Positions 34,889 through 44,928 of a DNA stretch of 64,000 nt are shown piece after piece (the first letter of the stretch is position 1; each line of letters begins with the position of its first letter). The stretch lies in assembly GCA_963839015.1 (NCBI GenBank), contig CAWITL010000010.1:501466-565465 (forward strand), given 5' to 3'. The notes under the pieces are model-generated. The model was not told where the DNA came from. It made no database searches and saw nothing but the letters and a program-made list of their open reading frames with translations. The position numbers and the translations under genes are program-made. Origin of the DNA: an uncultured Actinomycetota bacterium (GTDB lineage Bacteria > Actinomycetota > Actinomycetes > Frankiales > Frankiaceae).

Positions 34889-36982
34889 TCAGAGCTCGGT
34901 GCCTGCCATCTCCCGGCGGGCCGAATCGGCCAGCATCGCCGAGATCTGCTGCGCTGAGCCCGGACGACCGAACAGATACCCCTGGCCGAAGTCGCAGGAT
35001 TCGGTGCGCAGCCGGACCGCCTGAGGCGGCTGCTCGATCCCCTCGGCGACGATCCGCAGGCCGAGGTGATGACCAAGGTCGATGATCGCCCGCGCGACGG
35101 CCGTCGCGGTTGCGCGGTCGGCTTCCAGCTCATCAATGAAGTGCTTGTCGAGCTTGAGGATGTCGACCGGAAGGTGCTGCAGATGCGCCAGCGAGGAATA
35201 GCCGGTGCCGAAGTCGTCGATGGCCAGCAGCACGCCAAGCCTCTTCAGCTCGCTCAGCCGATCGACCGCAGGCTCGTGGTTGGAGAAAAGGATGCTCTCG
35301 GTGATCTCCAGCAGCAGCTGGTCCGGGCGGAGCCCGTGCGTATCCAAGGCGTTGGTCACGTGTGACGCCAGCGAAGGTTCCCGGAGCTGCCGACCGGAGA
35401 TGTTGACCGATACGAATCCGGGCGCGGTGTTGCCATAGCGCTGCTGCCAATGGGCGAACTGCCGGCATGCCTGGTCAAGGACATCGCGGCCGACGTCGAC
35501 GATCAGGCCGGTCTGCTCGGCCAATGCGATGAAGTCGGTGGGCATCATCTGTCCGATGGTGGGATGCAGCCAGCGCGCCAGGGCCTCGACCCCGGCGAGG
35601 CGTCCCGTGGCGAGGTTGATGATCGGCTGGTAGAAGACCTCGATCTCGCCGCGGCTCACGGCCCGTTGCAGATCCCCCTTGAGCTCGAGGCGGCGCAGCA
35701 CACTTTGCGAAAGATCCTGGTCGTACAAGCAGATGTGGCCGGTCTCTTGGGCTTTCGCCAGATACATGGCGGCGTCGGCATGTGCCAGCAGTTCGTCCGC
35801 CGACGTGATGGACGGGTTGCTGACCGCGACCCCGATGCTGCCGCCGGGGTAGACATCGATCCCCGCCATGTTCGCCGGCTGGTTGAGTGCCTCACGGATG
35901 CGGGCGGCGGCGGCCAGCGCCTCTTGCTCGTCAGCGTGTTCGAGCAGGATCACGAATTCGTCGCCTCCGAGACGGGCGGCGGTGTCGCCGGCGCGCAGGT
36001 GCAGCTCCAAGCGGGCCGCGACGGTCTGCAGGAGCTCATCCCCCGCGGAGTGGCCGAGGCTGTCGTTGACCGTCTTGAAGTCGTTGAGGTCGATGAACAG
36101 CAGCGCCAAGGGCTCGTGGGCCTCCCTGCGAAGCAGCGCGTGCGCCAGCCGGTCGCGCAGCAGTGCCCGGTTGGGCAGGCCGGTAAGGGCGTCGTGAAAG
36201 GCCTGGTGGCTGAGCATGCCTTCGAACTGCTTACGCTCGCTGACGTCGCGCATCGTCAGCACCAGCCCCTGAACGGCGGGTTCCGACGTCAGGTCAACGA
36301 TGTGGGTTTCGGTGGTGATGAGCCGGCCATCGACGTGAATCATCCGAAATTCCACGGCCTCGTGCCCGGAGGCACCCGATAACGCCGCGAGCATGACCGG
36401 CCGGTCCTCCGGCGCCACCAGATCAAAGAACCGGTGCTGGGTCAGATGATCCGCCGGTACCCCGAGAAACCGGCCTGCTGAAGGCGTGGCCGAAACGATG
36501 GTGGTATCTGGTCGCACCACGACCACCATGTCCGAGGAATGCGTGAAGAGCGCACTCAAGCGGGCCTCTTTGGCCGCGATGAGCCGGGTGCTGGCCGCCA
36601 GCCTGTCGGCCATGGCGTTGAAGGAGCTGGCCAGTGACGCGAGCTCAGGTGTGCGAGGCAGATTGACGCGCTCCAGGCTGTCCGGATCCAAGGTTTCGAC
36701 GGCCTGCTGAAGCCGGGCGATGGGATCGGCGATCGCGCTGTGCAGCCGGTGGCTGAGCCAGCTGACCAGACCAAGGCCCAGCAGCGCCATCGGGAGCACC
36801 ACGTCGAGCTCGACCCGGTGCGCGCCAGTGGGCTGGGCCAGGTCCGCCGCGAGAACGAGCACGACGACGAGGACCTGCACGACGCAGGCCGCCACCGAGA
36901 GCAGGAGGAGGCGTCGCAGGGCAGATCCACCGCGGAACAAAGACCAGCCGAACCCGCGCATGTCACCGTCTCTTAGACCCAT
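34889..36982 (-). CDS. membrane sensor with HAMP-PAS-GGDEF-EAL domains (c-di-GMP cyclase/phosphodiesterase)
   Basis: TM segments are followed by a HAMP-like linker and a PAS region. The GGDEF domain has RLGGDEFVILL. The EAL domain has QPIINLATGRLAGVEALARW, EITES, DDFGTGYSSL and EGIE. Confidence 0.9.
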   Translation of the reverse strand: MGLRDGDMRGFGWSLFRGGSALRRLLLLSVAACVVQVLVVVLVLAADLAQPTGAHRVELDVVLPMALLGLGLVSWLSHRLHSAIADPIARLQQAVETLDPDSLERVNLPRTPELASLASSFNAMADRLAASTRLIAAKEARLSALFTHSSDMVVVVRPDTTIVSATPSAGRFLGVPADHLTQHRFFDLVAPEDRPVMLAALSGASGHEAVEFRMIHVDGRLITTETHIVDLTSEPAVQGLVLTMRDVSERKQFEGMLSHQAFHDALTGLPNRALLRDRLAHALLRREAHEPLALLFIDLNDFKTVNDSLGHSAGDELLQTVAARLELHLRAGDTAARLGGDEFVILLEHADEQEALAAAARIREALNQPANMAGIDVYPGGSIGVAVSNPSITSADELLAHADAAMYLAKAQETGHICLYDQDLSQSVLRRLELKGDLQRAVSRGEIEVFYQPIINLATGRLAGVEALARWLHPTIGQMMPTDFIALAEQTGLIVDVGRDVLDQACRQFAHWQQRYGNTAPGFVSVNISGRQLREPSLASHVTNALDTHGLRPDQLLLEITESILFSNHEPAVDRLSELKRLGVLLAIDDFGTGYSSLAHLQHLPVDILKLDKHFIDELEADRATATAVARAIIDLGHHLGLRIVAEGIEQPPQAVRLRTESCDFGQGYLFGRPGSAQQISAMLADSARREMAGTEL

Positions 36983-37142
36983 CCAGGAAGTCCTGGCTAT
37001 GGCAGATCGACAACCGAAGATGGCAACAAATCGACCGAACGGGGGATCTGTCGCTGCGCGGATGGCTTACTGCCGACCCGAACTCTTTCCACAGGTCAGA
37101 CGGGATGCCGCACGGTGCTCAAGCTGATGAGCCCACCGATGA

Positions 37143-37919
37143 TCAGGCGGCTGCCGGATCCCGGGGTCCGACGGCCTCGGAAGCGAGCGGCTTCTTGTCC
37201 TCGAAGACGTACTTGAAGAAGAAGCCGATCAATGCCGCGCCGACGATCGGAGCCACCCAAAACAGCCATAGCTGGCTCAGCGCAGAGCTGCCGACGAAGA
37301 TGGCGGGTCCGGTCGAACGAGCCGGGTTCACCGAGGTGTTGGTGACCGGGATGGAGATCAGGTGAATGAGCGTGAGGCACAGTCCGATCGCCAGCGGTCC
37401 GAAGCCGGCCGGAGCGCCTCTGCCAGTGACGGCAAAGATGACGATGAGGAACGCGGCCGTCATGACGATCTCGGTGAGCAGGCACGACGCGAGGTTGTAA
37501 TGGCCGGGTGAGTGGACGCCGTAGCCGTTCTGGGCAAGGCCGTCATGGCTGATCGAATAACCGGGCTTGCCGTTGGCTATAGCCAGCAGGACTCCTGCCG
37601 CGGCGATGGCCGCAACCACCTGAGTGACGATGTAAGGCAAGACGTCGCGGGCGTTGAAGCGCCCGCCGATCCATAAGCCAATGGTGATCGCGGGGTTGAA
37701 ATGGCCGCCGGAGATGTGGCCGAACGCGTATGCCATGGTCAGGACCGTCAGACCGAAGGCGAAGGCCACGCCCAGGAATCCGATCCCGGACTTGGGGAAC
37801 CCGGCGGAGATGACGGCGGCACCACAGCCACCGAGAACGAGCCAAAACGTGCCTACGAACTCTGCTGCCAGGCGGCGACCCAGAGCGCTCACGGACTGCA
37901 CCTGCTTTCCTCTGCGCAC
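37143..37919 (-). CDS. aqpZ: aquaporin Z (MIP family water channel)
   Basis: Both NPA boxes are present (HFNPAITIG and [11 protein letters not shown]). The N-terminus [16 protein letters not shown] is typical of AqpZ. Confidence 0.9.
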   Translation of the reverse strand: MRRGKQVQSVSALGRRLAAEFVGTFWLVLGGCGAAVISAGFPKSGIGFLGVAFAFGLTVLTMAYAFGHISGGHFNPAITIGLWIGGRFNARDVLPYIVTQVVAAIAAAGVLLAIANGKPGYSISHDGLAQNGYGVHSPGHYNLASCLLTEIVMTAAFLIVIFAVTGRGAPAGFGPLAIGLCLTLIHLISIPVTNTSVNPARSTGPAIFVGSSALSQLWLFWVAPIVGAALIGFFFKYVFEDKKPLASEAVGPRDPAAA

Positions 37920-38037
37920 TTAGGCGATCAATCCGCGGCCACGGGGAGATCGGCGGACTACGGCAGGCTAGCGGCAACCAGACCCAGGCGCCACTCACAT
38001 GCGACGTGTCGTGACCGGTGGATTTGTGGCGGCGTTG

Positions 38038-38457
38038 TCACTCCGAGGCGGCCCACGACGACCAGCGTTCGACGTCGATCGCCAGCACTGGACCGGGCGG
38101 CGGCGCCGCGACGTGCTGCGGATACCGGCCCGCCAAAAGCTCCAGAGCGTGGCGCGCTTCCGACTCTGTCCGAGGCAGCACCCGGCCGACGCCGTCCGCG
38201 CGCACCCACCAGAGCGCGGTCCAGTCCCCGTCGTCGTAGTGGTCGACGATGACCGATACCTGGGGGTTGGCTGCCACGTTGGCGAGCCGGCGCAGCGCCA
38301 GGTGCCGTTTGGGCTTGCCATCCACCGCGCTGTAGATCGTCTCGCCCTGGACCGCAAAAACGATGGGCACCAGGTGCGGCCTCCCGGCGGCGTCGACGGT
38401 CGCCAGCCGTGCCACCCTGCCGGCGCTGAAATGCTGCCGCGCCAAGGCCGCGTTCAC
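38038..38457 (-). CDS. PPOX-class probable F420-dependent oxidoreductase
   Basis: The GTG start at 38457 forms a GTGA overlap with the upstream LLM gene stop. The core reads ARLATVDAAGRPHLVPIVFAV.GETIYSAVDGKPK ... DGDWTALWWVRADG. The upstream part of the maximal ORF (to 38784) lies inside the LLM gene. Confidence 0.8.
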   Translation of the reverse strand: MNAALARQHFSAGRVARLATVDAAGRPHLVPIVFAVQGETIYSAVDGKPKRHLALRRLANVAANPQVSVIVDHYDDGDWTALWWVRADGVGRVLPRTESEARHALELLAGRYPQHVAAPPPGPVLAIDVERWSSWAASE

Positions 38458-39281
38458 CCGGCGTGAGCCTCGCTGACCGCGGTCTCGAAGGCGTCGAGCG
38501 CGCGCTCCACCGGCCCGCGCCCCGCGGATGGCACGTAGTGGATCGCGCGCTGAAACCCGGCGGCCTCGAGACTTTCCAGCACCTTCGGATCGGCCGGCAC
38601 GCCGGTCACCATGAGCCCGATCGCACGGTCTGCCCTGGCTCGCAGTTCGGCGGCACGCTCGATGACCTTCGGTGCGTAGTTGGGCATCCAGGCGTCGCCG
38701 AAGGAGAGCACGCGATCGAGCACGGTCGGGCCGTTTCCGCCCACGATGACGGGTGGATGCGGACGCTGCGCAGGCTTGGGCCACGACCAGATCCGCTCGA
38801 ACTCGACGAACTCCCCCGAGTAGCTGGCCTCGTCCTGGGTCCAGATGGCCTTCATGGCCTCGACGCGCTCGCGAAGGAGGGCCATGCGACGACGCGGATC
38901 GGTGCCGTGGTTGGCCATTTCTTCGCGATTCCAGCCGGCACCCACCCCGAATTCGAAACGGCCACCGGAGAGCACGTCGACGCTGGCCACCTCTTTGGCA
39001 GTGATGATCGGATCCCGCTGGATGAGCAGGCAGATGCCGCTGCCTACCCGCAGCTTCGTGGTGGCCACGGCGGCCGCCGTCAGGGCGACGAAGAGGTCAT
39101 AGGTGTGTGAGTACATACGCGGGAGATCGCCACCGCCGGGATAGCGAGTCACCCGGCTGGCCGGGATATGCGAATGCTCGGGGAAGAACAGCGATTCGTG
39201 GCCGCGTTCCTCGACTAATCGCGCCACCGTAGCGGGGTCGAGCGCGTCGTGGGTCGGGAAGAGTGCGATGCCGGTATCCAC
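38454..39281 (-). CDS. LLM class F420-dependent oxidoreductase
   Basis: IALFPTHDALDP..VARLVEERGHESLFFPEHSHIP ... GGRFEFGVGAGWN is typical of F420-dependent luciferase-like enzymes. GTG start. Confidence 0.85.
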   Translation of the reverse strand: MDTGIALFPTHDALDPATVARLVEERGHESLFFPEHSHIPASRVTRYPGGGDLPRMYSHTYDLFVALTAAAVATTKLRVGSGICLLIQRDPIITAKEVASVDVLSGGRFEFGVGAGWNREEMANHGTDPRRRMALLRERVEAMKAIWTQDEASYSGEFVEFERIWSWPKPAQRPHPPVIVGGNGPTVLDRVLSFGDAWMPNYAPKVIERAAELRARADRAIGLMVTGVPADPKVLESLEAAGFQRAIHYVPSAGRGPVERALDAFETAVSEAHAG

Positions 39282-39314
39282 GCTCGAAAAGCTACGCGCA
39301 TGGGGCCGGCGCGG

Positions 39315-40430
39315 TCAGGCGATCGGACGTGTCGGTAGCGGCACGACCGGACCCAGCACGGGAGCCAGCACCGGCGTCAGCGCCGGTAGCAGCACCGCCG
39401 ACCGCGTCTTGGACGGGCGTACTCCGTCCAGGTACCGCAGCACCCGTCCGTACGAGCCCAGCAGGCTCGTCTCGCAGTAAGCCACACCGTGGGCAGCACA
39501 GAAGGCCTTCACGATCGTCCGGCACTCCCGCAGATTCCGGCTCGGCATGCTCGGGAAGAGGTGGTGTTCGATCTGGTACGTCAGCCCGCCGAACGCCGCC
39601 CGCAGCAGCCCGCCGCCGACCGCCCCGCCGCTGACGACATTGCGGGAAGTGAGCACCTGACGCCGCAGGAAGTCAAGGCTCTCGTCACCCTCGTGAATCT
39701 GCATTCCCTTGTGGTTAGGAGCAAAGCTGCAGCCGAGGTAGACCCCGAACAACGACTGCTGGACGGCCACGAAGGCCACTGCCTGCAGCGGCGACAGAAA
39801 GATCAGCATCAAGGCGAGGTAACCAGCCACATGGAGGCCGAGCAGGCCCATCTCGAGCATCCGGCCGCGTGGCTTGGAGAGCAGCGTGCGGATGCTTCCC
39901 ACGTGCAGGTTCCAGGCTTCCAGCAGCAGCAGGGGAAAGAAGACCGCCGCTTGATGACGCGCGATGAACCGCAAAATTCCGCGCTGGCTGTCGGCCTGCG
40001 CCGGCGTCCAGGCGAGCACGTTTCGGTTCACGTCAGGATCCTTGCCGACGTGGTTGGGATGGCTGTGATGGCGGTTGTGCTTGTCGACCCACCAGCCGTA
40101 GCTCATGCCGATGGCCAGGTTTGACAGCACCAGGCCCAGCGCGTCGTTCACCCGGCGGTTACGGCAGATCTGCTGATGTCCGGCATCGTGACCAAGAAAT
40201 CCCAGCTGGGTGAAGACGACCCCGAAGTAGGCCGCAACCGCCAATTGCCACCATGACTCCCCGAGCCAGACGAAGGCGGTGACGCCGGCGCCCACCAGAG
40301 CCAGGAGGACGAGCGCCCGTGGCAGGTAGGACAACGCCGAACGATCCAGCAGCCGGGCCCGACGCACCTGCGCCAGCAAGGATCCGTACTCGCTGAGCTG
40401 ACGGTGGGGAACGGTGAGCTGAGGCGTCAT
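39315..40430 (-). CDS. membrane fatty acid desaturase (three His-box di-iron family)
   Basis: The His boxes are HDAGHQQ, HNRHHSHPN and QIEHHLFPSMP. N-terminal TM helices are present. Confidence 0.85.
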   Translation of the reverse strand: MTPQLTVPHRQLSEYGSLLAQVRRARLLDRSALSYLPRALVLLALVGAGVTAFVWLGESWWQLAVAAYFGVVFTQLGFLGHDAGHQQICRNRRVNDALGLVLSNLAIGMSYGWWVDKHNRHHSHPNHVGKDPDVNRNVLAWTPAQADSQRGILRFIARHQAAVFFPLLLLEAWNLHVGSIRTLLSKPRGRMLEMGLLGLHVAGYLALMLIFLSPLQAVAFVAVQQSLFGVYLGCSFAPNHKGMQIHEGDESLDFLRRQVLTSRNVVSGGAVGGGLLRAAFGGLTYQIEHHLFPSMPSRNLRECRTIVKAFCAAHGVAYCETSLLGSYGRVLRYLDGVRPSKTRSAVLLPALTPVLAPVLGPVVPLPTRPIA

Positions 40431-40610
40431 AGTCGTACCCGTCTCCAGATCTGACGGGCCGAGGGATGCAAAGGCCAGACAGGCCAGGGCGCGTAGGACT
40501 TCTCACTGTACGCCCGGCGACCATCGGTGCTGGACTCCTGCGCGCGGCGCATGCTAGAACGACGTTCACGCCTTCTCAGAACATTGATTCGATCTTGGAG
40601 GCCACCCTTC

Positions 40611-41219
40611 GTGGAGCGTGAACTACTGATGGCCGGCATCGGGGGGCAGGGGGTCCAGCTCGCCGCCCAACTGCTCGCCAGAGCCGCGACGCGGACGGGG
40701 CTTTTCGCCCAGCTGTTCGGCAGCTACGGCGGCATGATGCGTGGCGGCAACACCGACGCGACGCTGATCATCGGGCAGGAACCGGTCCAGGCACCCCCCA
40801 TGGTCGCCTCGGCCTGGTCGGCACTGGTCATGCACCACGAATACGCCGAGCCCACCCTGCGGCGGCTGCGCCCGGATGGCGTGCTGGTCATCAACAGCAG
40901 CGTCGTGCACCTGCCGTTCGCTCCCCCGGCTGGCCCGGTGTCACCGGGCGTCGCGCTGGTCACCCTGCCGGCCACCGAACTCGCGATCGACCTGGGAGCC
41001 CCGGCCGCCGCCACCATGGTCGCGCTGGGGGCCTACGCGGCCACAACGCAGATCCTGGCTGTCGATGACCTGATCGACACGCTGCCCGACGCGCTCCCGA
41101 GCTACCGCACCCAGCACATTGCCAGCAACTCCCGGGCGCTGCGAGCCGGCGCCGAGGCGGTCGCTGAGGCCGGGACGACCAGGCCCGCGTGGCCCGCCAT
41201 GGCAGGACAGACCCCATGA
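40611..41219 (+). CDS. 2-oxoacid:ferredoxin oxidoreductase, gamma subunit
   Basis: GTG start preceded by GGAG. ELLMAGIGGQGVQLAAQLLARAA...GSYGGMMRGGNTDATLIIG is the typical gamma-subunit N-terminus. Confidence 0.8.
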   Translation: MERELLMAGIGGQGVQLAAQLLARAATRTGLFAQLFGSYGGMMRGGNTDATLIIGQEPVQAPPMVASAWSALVMHHEYAEPTLRRLRPDGVLVINSSVVHLPFAPPAGPVSPGVALVTLPATELAIDLGAPAAATMVALGAYAATTQILAVDDLIDTLPDALPSYRTQHIASNSRALRAGAEAVAEAGTTRPAWPAMAGQTP

Positions 41220-41482
41220 CAGGAGACAGCACGAGCAGCACGAGCAGCACCGTCCTCACCCGCGGGACTCTGGTGATCGACACTGAGGCGTGCAAAGGAT
41301 GTGAGCTCTGCATCGACGCCTGCCCTCCCCGCGTACTGGTGATGACGGAGCTGGCATCCAATACCCGCGGCTACCGCTACCCGGAGCTGCTGGCGGGCTG
41401 CATCGCGTGCCAGGCCTGCACCGCAATCTGTCCGGACTTCGTGTTCCAGGTGTATCGCTACGACGAACCGCTGGAGTCCTGA
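41216..41482 (+). CDS. 2-oxoacid:ferredoxin oxidoreductase, delta subunit (2x[4Fe-4S] ferredoxin)
   Basis: Two CxxCxxCxxxCP motifs are present (CKGCELCIDACP and CIACQACTAICP). ATGA overlap with the gamma-subunit gene. Confidence 0.85.
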   Translation: MTGDSTSSTSSTVLTRGTLVIDTEACKGCELCIDACPPRVLVMTELASNTRGYRYPELLAGCIACQACTAICPDFVFQVYRYDEPLES

Positions 41483-41483
41483 C

Positions 41484-42569
41484 ATGGAACTGATGGAGGG
41501 TTCGGAAGCGATCGCGGGAGCACTGGTCGCGGCTGGCTGCCGCTTCTTCGCCGGCTACCCGATCACCCCGTTCACCGAGGTGCTCGAACACATGGCGAAA
41601 CGGCTGCCGGCGGTCGGCGGCGTATGCATGAACGCCGAAAGCGAGCTCGAGGCAGTGGGGATGGTGTGGGGCGCCGCCGCAACCGGCACCATCGCGGCGA
41701 CCGGATCCACGGGCCAGGGGCTCTCGTTGATGCAGGAATCGCTGTCGGAGATCACGCTTGCCCGGCTACCCCTGGTGGTGCTGAATATGGCGCGAGCGCA
41801 AGGCGATTACTGGCAGTCGACCCGAGGCGGGGGTCACGGCGACTACCGCCACCTCGTGCTGGCCCCCTCCGACGTCACCGAGGCTGTTGAACTGGCGTAC
41901 GAGTCCGTCGCGATGGCCGCCCGGTGGCGTAATCCGGTGCTTGTGTTCGGCGATTACTTCCTGGCCCACACCTACCAGTCGGTCGAGCTGCCCCCGATCC
42001 GCCCGCTGGATGCGCTGCCGGACTGGGCCCTTGACGGGTCGAGCGGTGGCAGCGGCAATGCCAAGCTCATCTCCCCGCTGGGGTCGACGAAGCAGCGCGA
42101 AGGCGTCGGTTATGACATGTCCGCCCACTACCTCGAAGGCGCGGCCGCGACGGCCGAGATGCTGGCCGGTGAGCCGCCTCGGATCGAGACCGGATGGTGC
42201 GACGACGCAGATGTGGTCGTGGTGTCGTTCGGCACCCCGGCCCGCTTCATCCGTGACGCAGTCCGCCAGCTGCGAGCCGAAGGCGAACGGGTGGGATACG
42301 CCCGTCCCATCACCCTCGTACCCTTCCCGAGCGAGGCCATTGCCGCCGCGGCACGGGGGTCTCGCACGGTGGCGGTCTACGAGAACAACCAGGGCCAGAT
42401 GATCGACGATGTACGCCTCGCCGTGCTGGGCGCGGCCCCGGTGACCTTCATCGGTGGGCTCTCGCTGGACAGTTCAGGCTTCGGAATTGCGCCGGATCTT
42501 GACGTTTCGCTCCTGAAAGATCGGATCCTTCGTGTAGTGAATGCTTCCCGGGAAGGGGCACCGGCATGA
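41484..42569 (+). CDS. 2-oxoacid:ferredoxin oxidoreductase, alpha subunit
   Basis: The N-terminus reads MEGSEAIAGALVAAGCRFFAGYPITPFTEVLEHM...ESELEAVGMVWGAAATG. 361 aa. It starts 1 nt after the delta-subunit stop. Confidence 0.85.
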   Translation: MELMEGSEAIAGALVAAGCRFFAGYPITPFTEVLEHMAKRLPAVGGVCMNAESELEAVGMVWGAAATGTIAATGSTGQGLSLMQESLSEITLARLPLVVLNMARAQGDYWQSTRGGGHGDYRHLVLAPSDVTEAVELAYESVAMAARWRNPVLVFGDYFLAHTYQSVELPPIRPLDALPDWALDGSSGGSGNAKLISPLGSTKQREGVGYDMSAHYLEGAAATAEMLAGEPPRIETGWCDDADVVVVSFGTPARFIRDAVRQLRAEGERVGYARPITLVPFPSEAIAAAARGSRTVAVYENNQGQMIDDVRLAVLGAAPVTFIGGLSLDSSGFGIAPDLDVSLLKDRILRVVNASREGAPA

Positions 42570-43426
42570 CGGATCTGGCCGACGGCGGACCAGCCACTGG
42601 CGGTCGGCGGATGCTGCCGGTGATACCGACCGGCCAGCCCCCGGACCGGCCGTCGTCGCTGATCCATGACTTCACGCCGGATCTGATCGATGTAGGAGCC
42701 CACCACCTCTGCCCAGGCTGCGGTGAACCGATCGCGATGCGTTCCATCGTCGAGGCAGTGGCCGAGGTGGAGGCCATCAACAAGTCGGTGGCGGTGTTCG
42801 GGATCGGCTGCTACACCGCCTTTTCCAACAACCTCGATTGCGAGGTGTTGCAGGCATTGCACGGCCGGGCTCCCTCGCTGGCCACCGGTGTCAAACGCAC
42901 CAAACCCGACCTGACGGTCCTCACCGTGCAAGGCGACGGCGACATGGTGAACGAGGGTCTGCAGGAGGTGGTCCACGCGGCAGCACGCGGCGAGCAGATC
43001 ACCTGTTTCATGTTGAACAACGGGGTTTTTGGCGAGACAGGTGGCCACATGACGGCGACCACCGTGCTCGGCCAGCGCACCAAAAACACCCTCGACGGTC
43101 GTGACGCCGAGGCCCATGGATATCCGATCCTGATGAGCAACCTGCTCGCCGGGCTCGAAGGCGCCGCGTACGTGGCCCGCGGCGCAGTCAACAGCGCGGT
43201 CAACGTCAACCGCACCAAGAAGATGATCCTGCGGGCGCTGCAGGTGCAGCAGGAGCGGCGCGGTTTCTCCTTCGTGGAGATCCTCACGATGTGCCCGACG
43301 GGCTGGTTCATCGAGACGACGGAAGCCCCCGGCTACCTTGCTGACCAGCACGCCGCCGTCCACAAGATGGGGGTCTTAAAGGACACAAGTTTGAAAGACA
43401 CCAGCGTGAAAGAGTCGGTGGCGTGA
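42566..43426 (+). CDS. 2-oxoacid:ferredoxin oxidoreductase, beta subunit (TPP-binding)
   Basis: CPGCGEP, GIGCY, and the TPP/Mg motif region TVQGDGDMVNEGLQE...NNGVFGETGGH are present. ATGA overlap with the alpha-subunit gene. Confidence 0.85.
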   Translation: MTDLADGGPATGGRRMLPVIPTGQPPDRPSSLIHDFTPDLIDVGAHHLCPGCGEPIAMRSIVEAVAEVEAINKSVAVFGIGCYTAFSNNLDCEVLQALHGRAPSLATGVKRTKPDLTVLTVQGDGDMVNEGLQEVVHAAARGEQITCFMLNNGVFGETGGHMTATTVLGQRTKNTLDGRDAEAHGYPILMSNLLAGLEGAAYVARGAVNSAVNVNRTKKMILRALQVQQERRGFSFVEILTMCPTGWFIETTEAPGYLADQHAAVHKMGVLKDTSLKDTSVKESVA

Positions 43427-44928
43427 CGGGTCTGACCATCGGGACGGTCTTTCGCAACGCGGCCCGTGCAGTGCCGCACCGGCCCGCTGCGGCCCTCGGC
43501 GACGCGGTGCTCACCTTCGCCCGGATCGACCAGCTTGCGGATCAGCTTGTCCGGGCTTTGCAGGCGCGCGGGCTCGGCAAAGGTGACCGCGCGTTGTGCT
43601 GGACGGGCACCACTTTGGACGCGGTACCACTCTTTGCGGCACTGGCGCGGATGGGTGCCGTGTACTGCCCACTGCCCGGGGTCCTCGGCACCGAGGAGGC
43701 CCATGCGATCGCTCCGCTGGCCGGGCCGGCGCTGCTCGTGGTCGACGCCGAGCATGCCCCTGGCGGCCACGAGGTCGGTGCCACGCACGGCCTGCCCGTC
43801 GTCACGCTGACCGACCTGCTCGCCGAAGCGGCTGCCCAACCCCATGGAGAGGTCGAGGACCTTGCCGACGAGCACGACCCTCATGTCATCTTTTTCACCT
43901 CGGGCAGCACCGGACGTCCCAAAGGGGTGGTGCTCTCCCACCGGGTCAACTACCTGCGAACCCACCCCGGCTCGCAGTTGGAGCCGCGCGGCCCCATGGT
44001 TTGCGTCTACCCCCTTTTCCATATGGGCGCGTGGACCATCTCGCTGCAGCAGTGGCAGGCCCGCGATCTGACCGTGTACGTGCCCAAGCCCGACGGTCCC
44101 GCGATTTGCGCCGCGGTCAGGCGGTATGACGCCAGCCGGCTCAACGCCATGCCGGCGCTCTGGCAGCGCGTACTCGGGGCACTTGGCGAAGACACCCTTT
44201 CCACCGTTCGCTATGCGGACAGCGGCACGTCGGCGACCCCACCCGAGCTGCTGGCCGCCATCGCAAAAGCCTGTCCTGCCGCCTTTCTGCGGGTCTTCTA
44301 CGGATCGACTGAGGCCGGCAACGTCGCCTCGCTTACCGGTACTGACGTCTTCACCAAACCGTTCAGCTGCGGGGTGCCGTCGCAGGCCACCGAGACCCGC
44401 ATCGATGCCGATACCGGTGAGCTGTGCGTCCGCGGCCCCCTGCTGTTTGAGGGTTACTACGGCGATCCCGAGGCCACCAGGGCGGCGCTGCAGGACGGTT
44501 GGTATCGCACCGGCGATCAGGCCCGAGTCGATGACGAGGGCTACCTCAGCATCGTGGGCCGGCTGCACGACGTGATCCGGACCGGAGGCGAGTCCGTGGT
44601 GCCCACCGAGGTGGAAGCGGCGCTGCAGGGCCTGCCCGGTGCGGTCGAGGTCGCCATCGTCGGATTGCCCGACTCTGCCTGGGGTGAGCTCGTCTGCGCG
44701 GTGGTCATCCCGGAGCCGCACGCCTCGCCGCCAAGCCTGGAGGAGGCGCGGGCCTGGTGCTCGGGCCGGCTGGCGGCGTTCAAGCACCCCCGGGCACTAC
44801 GCGTCGTCGACGCCCTTCCCCGCACCCCGGCGACCGGCCAGCTCCAGCGCCGGGTCCTCGTCGAGGCCCTGATCCAGCGAGAATCCACCGTCCAAACGCA
44901 AACCACCGTCCAGCAGGAGGAAAAGTGA
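43423..44928 (+). CDS. AMP-forming acyl-CoA synthetase/ligase (ANL superfamily)
   Basis: The AMP-binding motif IFFTSGSTGRPKGVVLSH, YGSTEAG and WYRTGDQARVDDEGYLSIVGR are present. GTGA overlap with the beta-subunit gene. Confidence 0.85.
   Translation: MTGLTIGTVFRNAARAVPHRPAAALGDAVLTFARIDQLADQLVRALQARGLGKGDRALCWTGTTLDAVPLFAALARMGAVYCPLPGVLGTEEAHAIAPLAGPALLVVDAEHAPGGHEVGATHGLPVVTLTDLLAEAAAQPHGEVEDLADEHDPHVIFFTSGSTGRPKGVVLSHRVNYLRTHPGSQLEPRGPMVCVYPLFHMGAWTISLQQWQARDLTVYVPKPDGPAICAAVRRYDASRLNAMPALWQRVLGALGEDTLSTVRYADSGTSATPPELLAAIAKACPAAFLRVFYGSTEAGNVASLTGTDVFTKPFSCGVPSQATETRIDADTGELCVRGPLLFEGYYGDPEATRAALQDGWYRTGDQARVDDEGYLSIVGRLHDVIRTGGESVVPTEVEAALQGLPGAVEVAIVGLPDSAWGELVCAVVIPEPHASPPSLEEARAWCSGRLAAFKHPRALRVVDALPRTPATGQLQRRVLVEALIQRESTVQTQTTVQQEEK

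Noticed and set aside
43333-44787. 484-aa ORF on the minus strand
   Set aside because: It lies entirely antisense to the acyl-CoA ligase gene, which has clear AMP-binding motifs. Its translation is Arg/Gly/Ala-rich with no recognisable motifs. This is typical of a shadow ORF in G+C-rich DNA.
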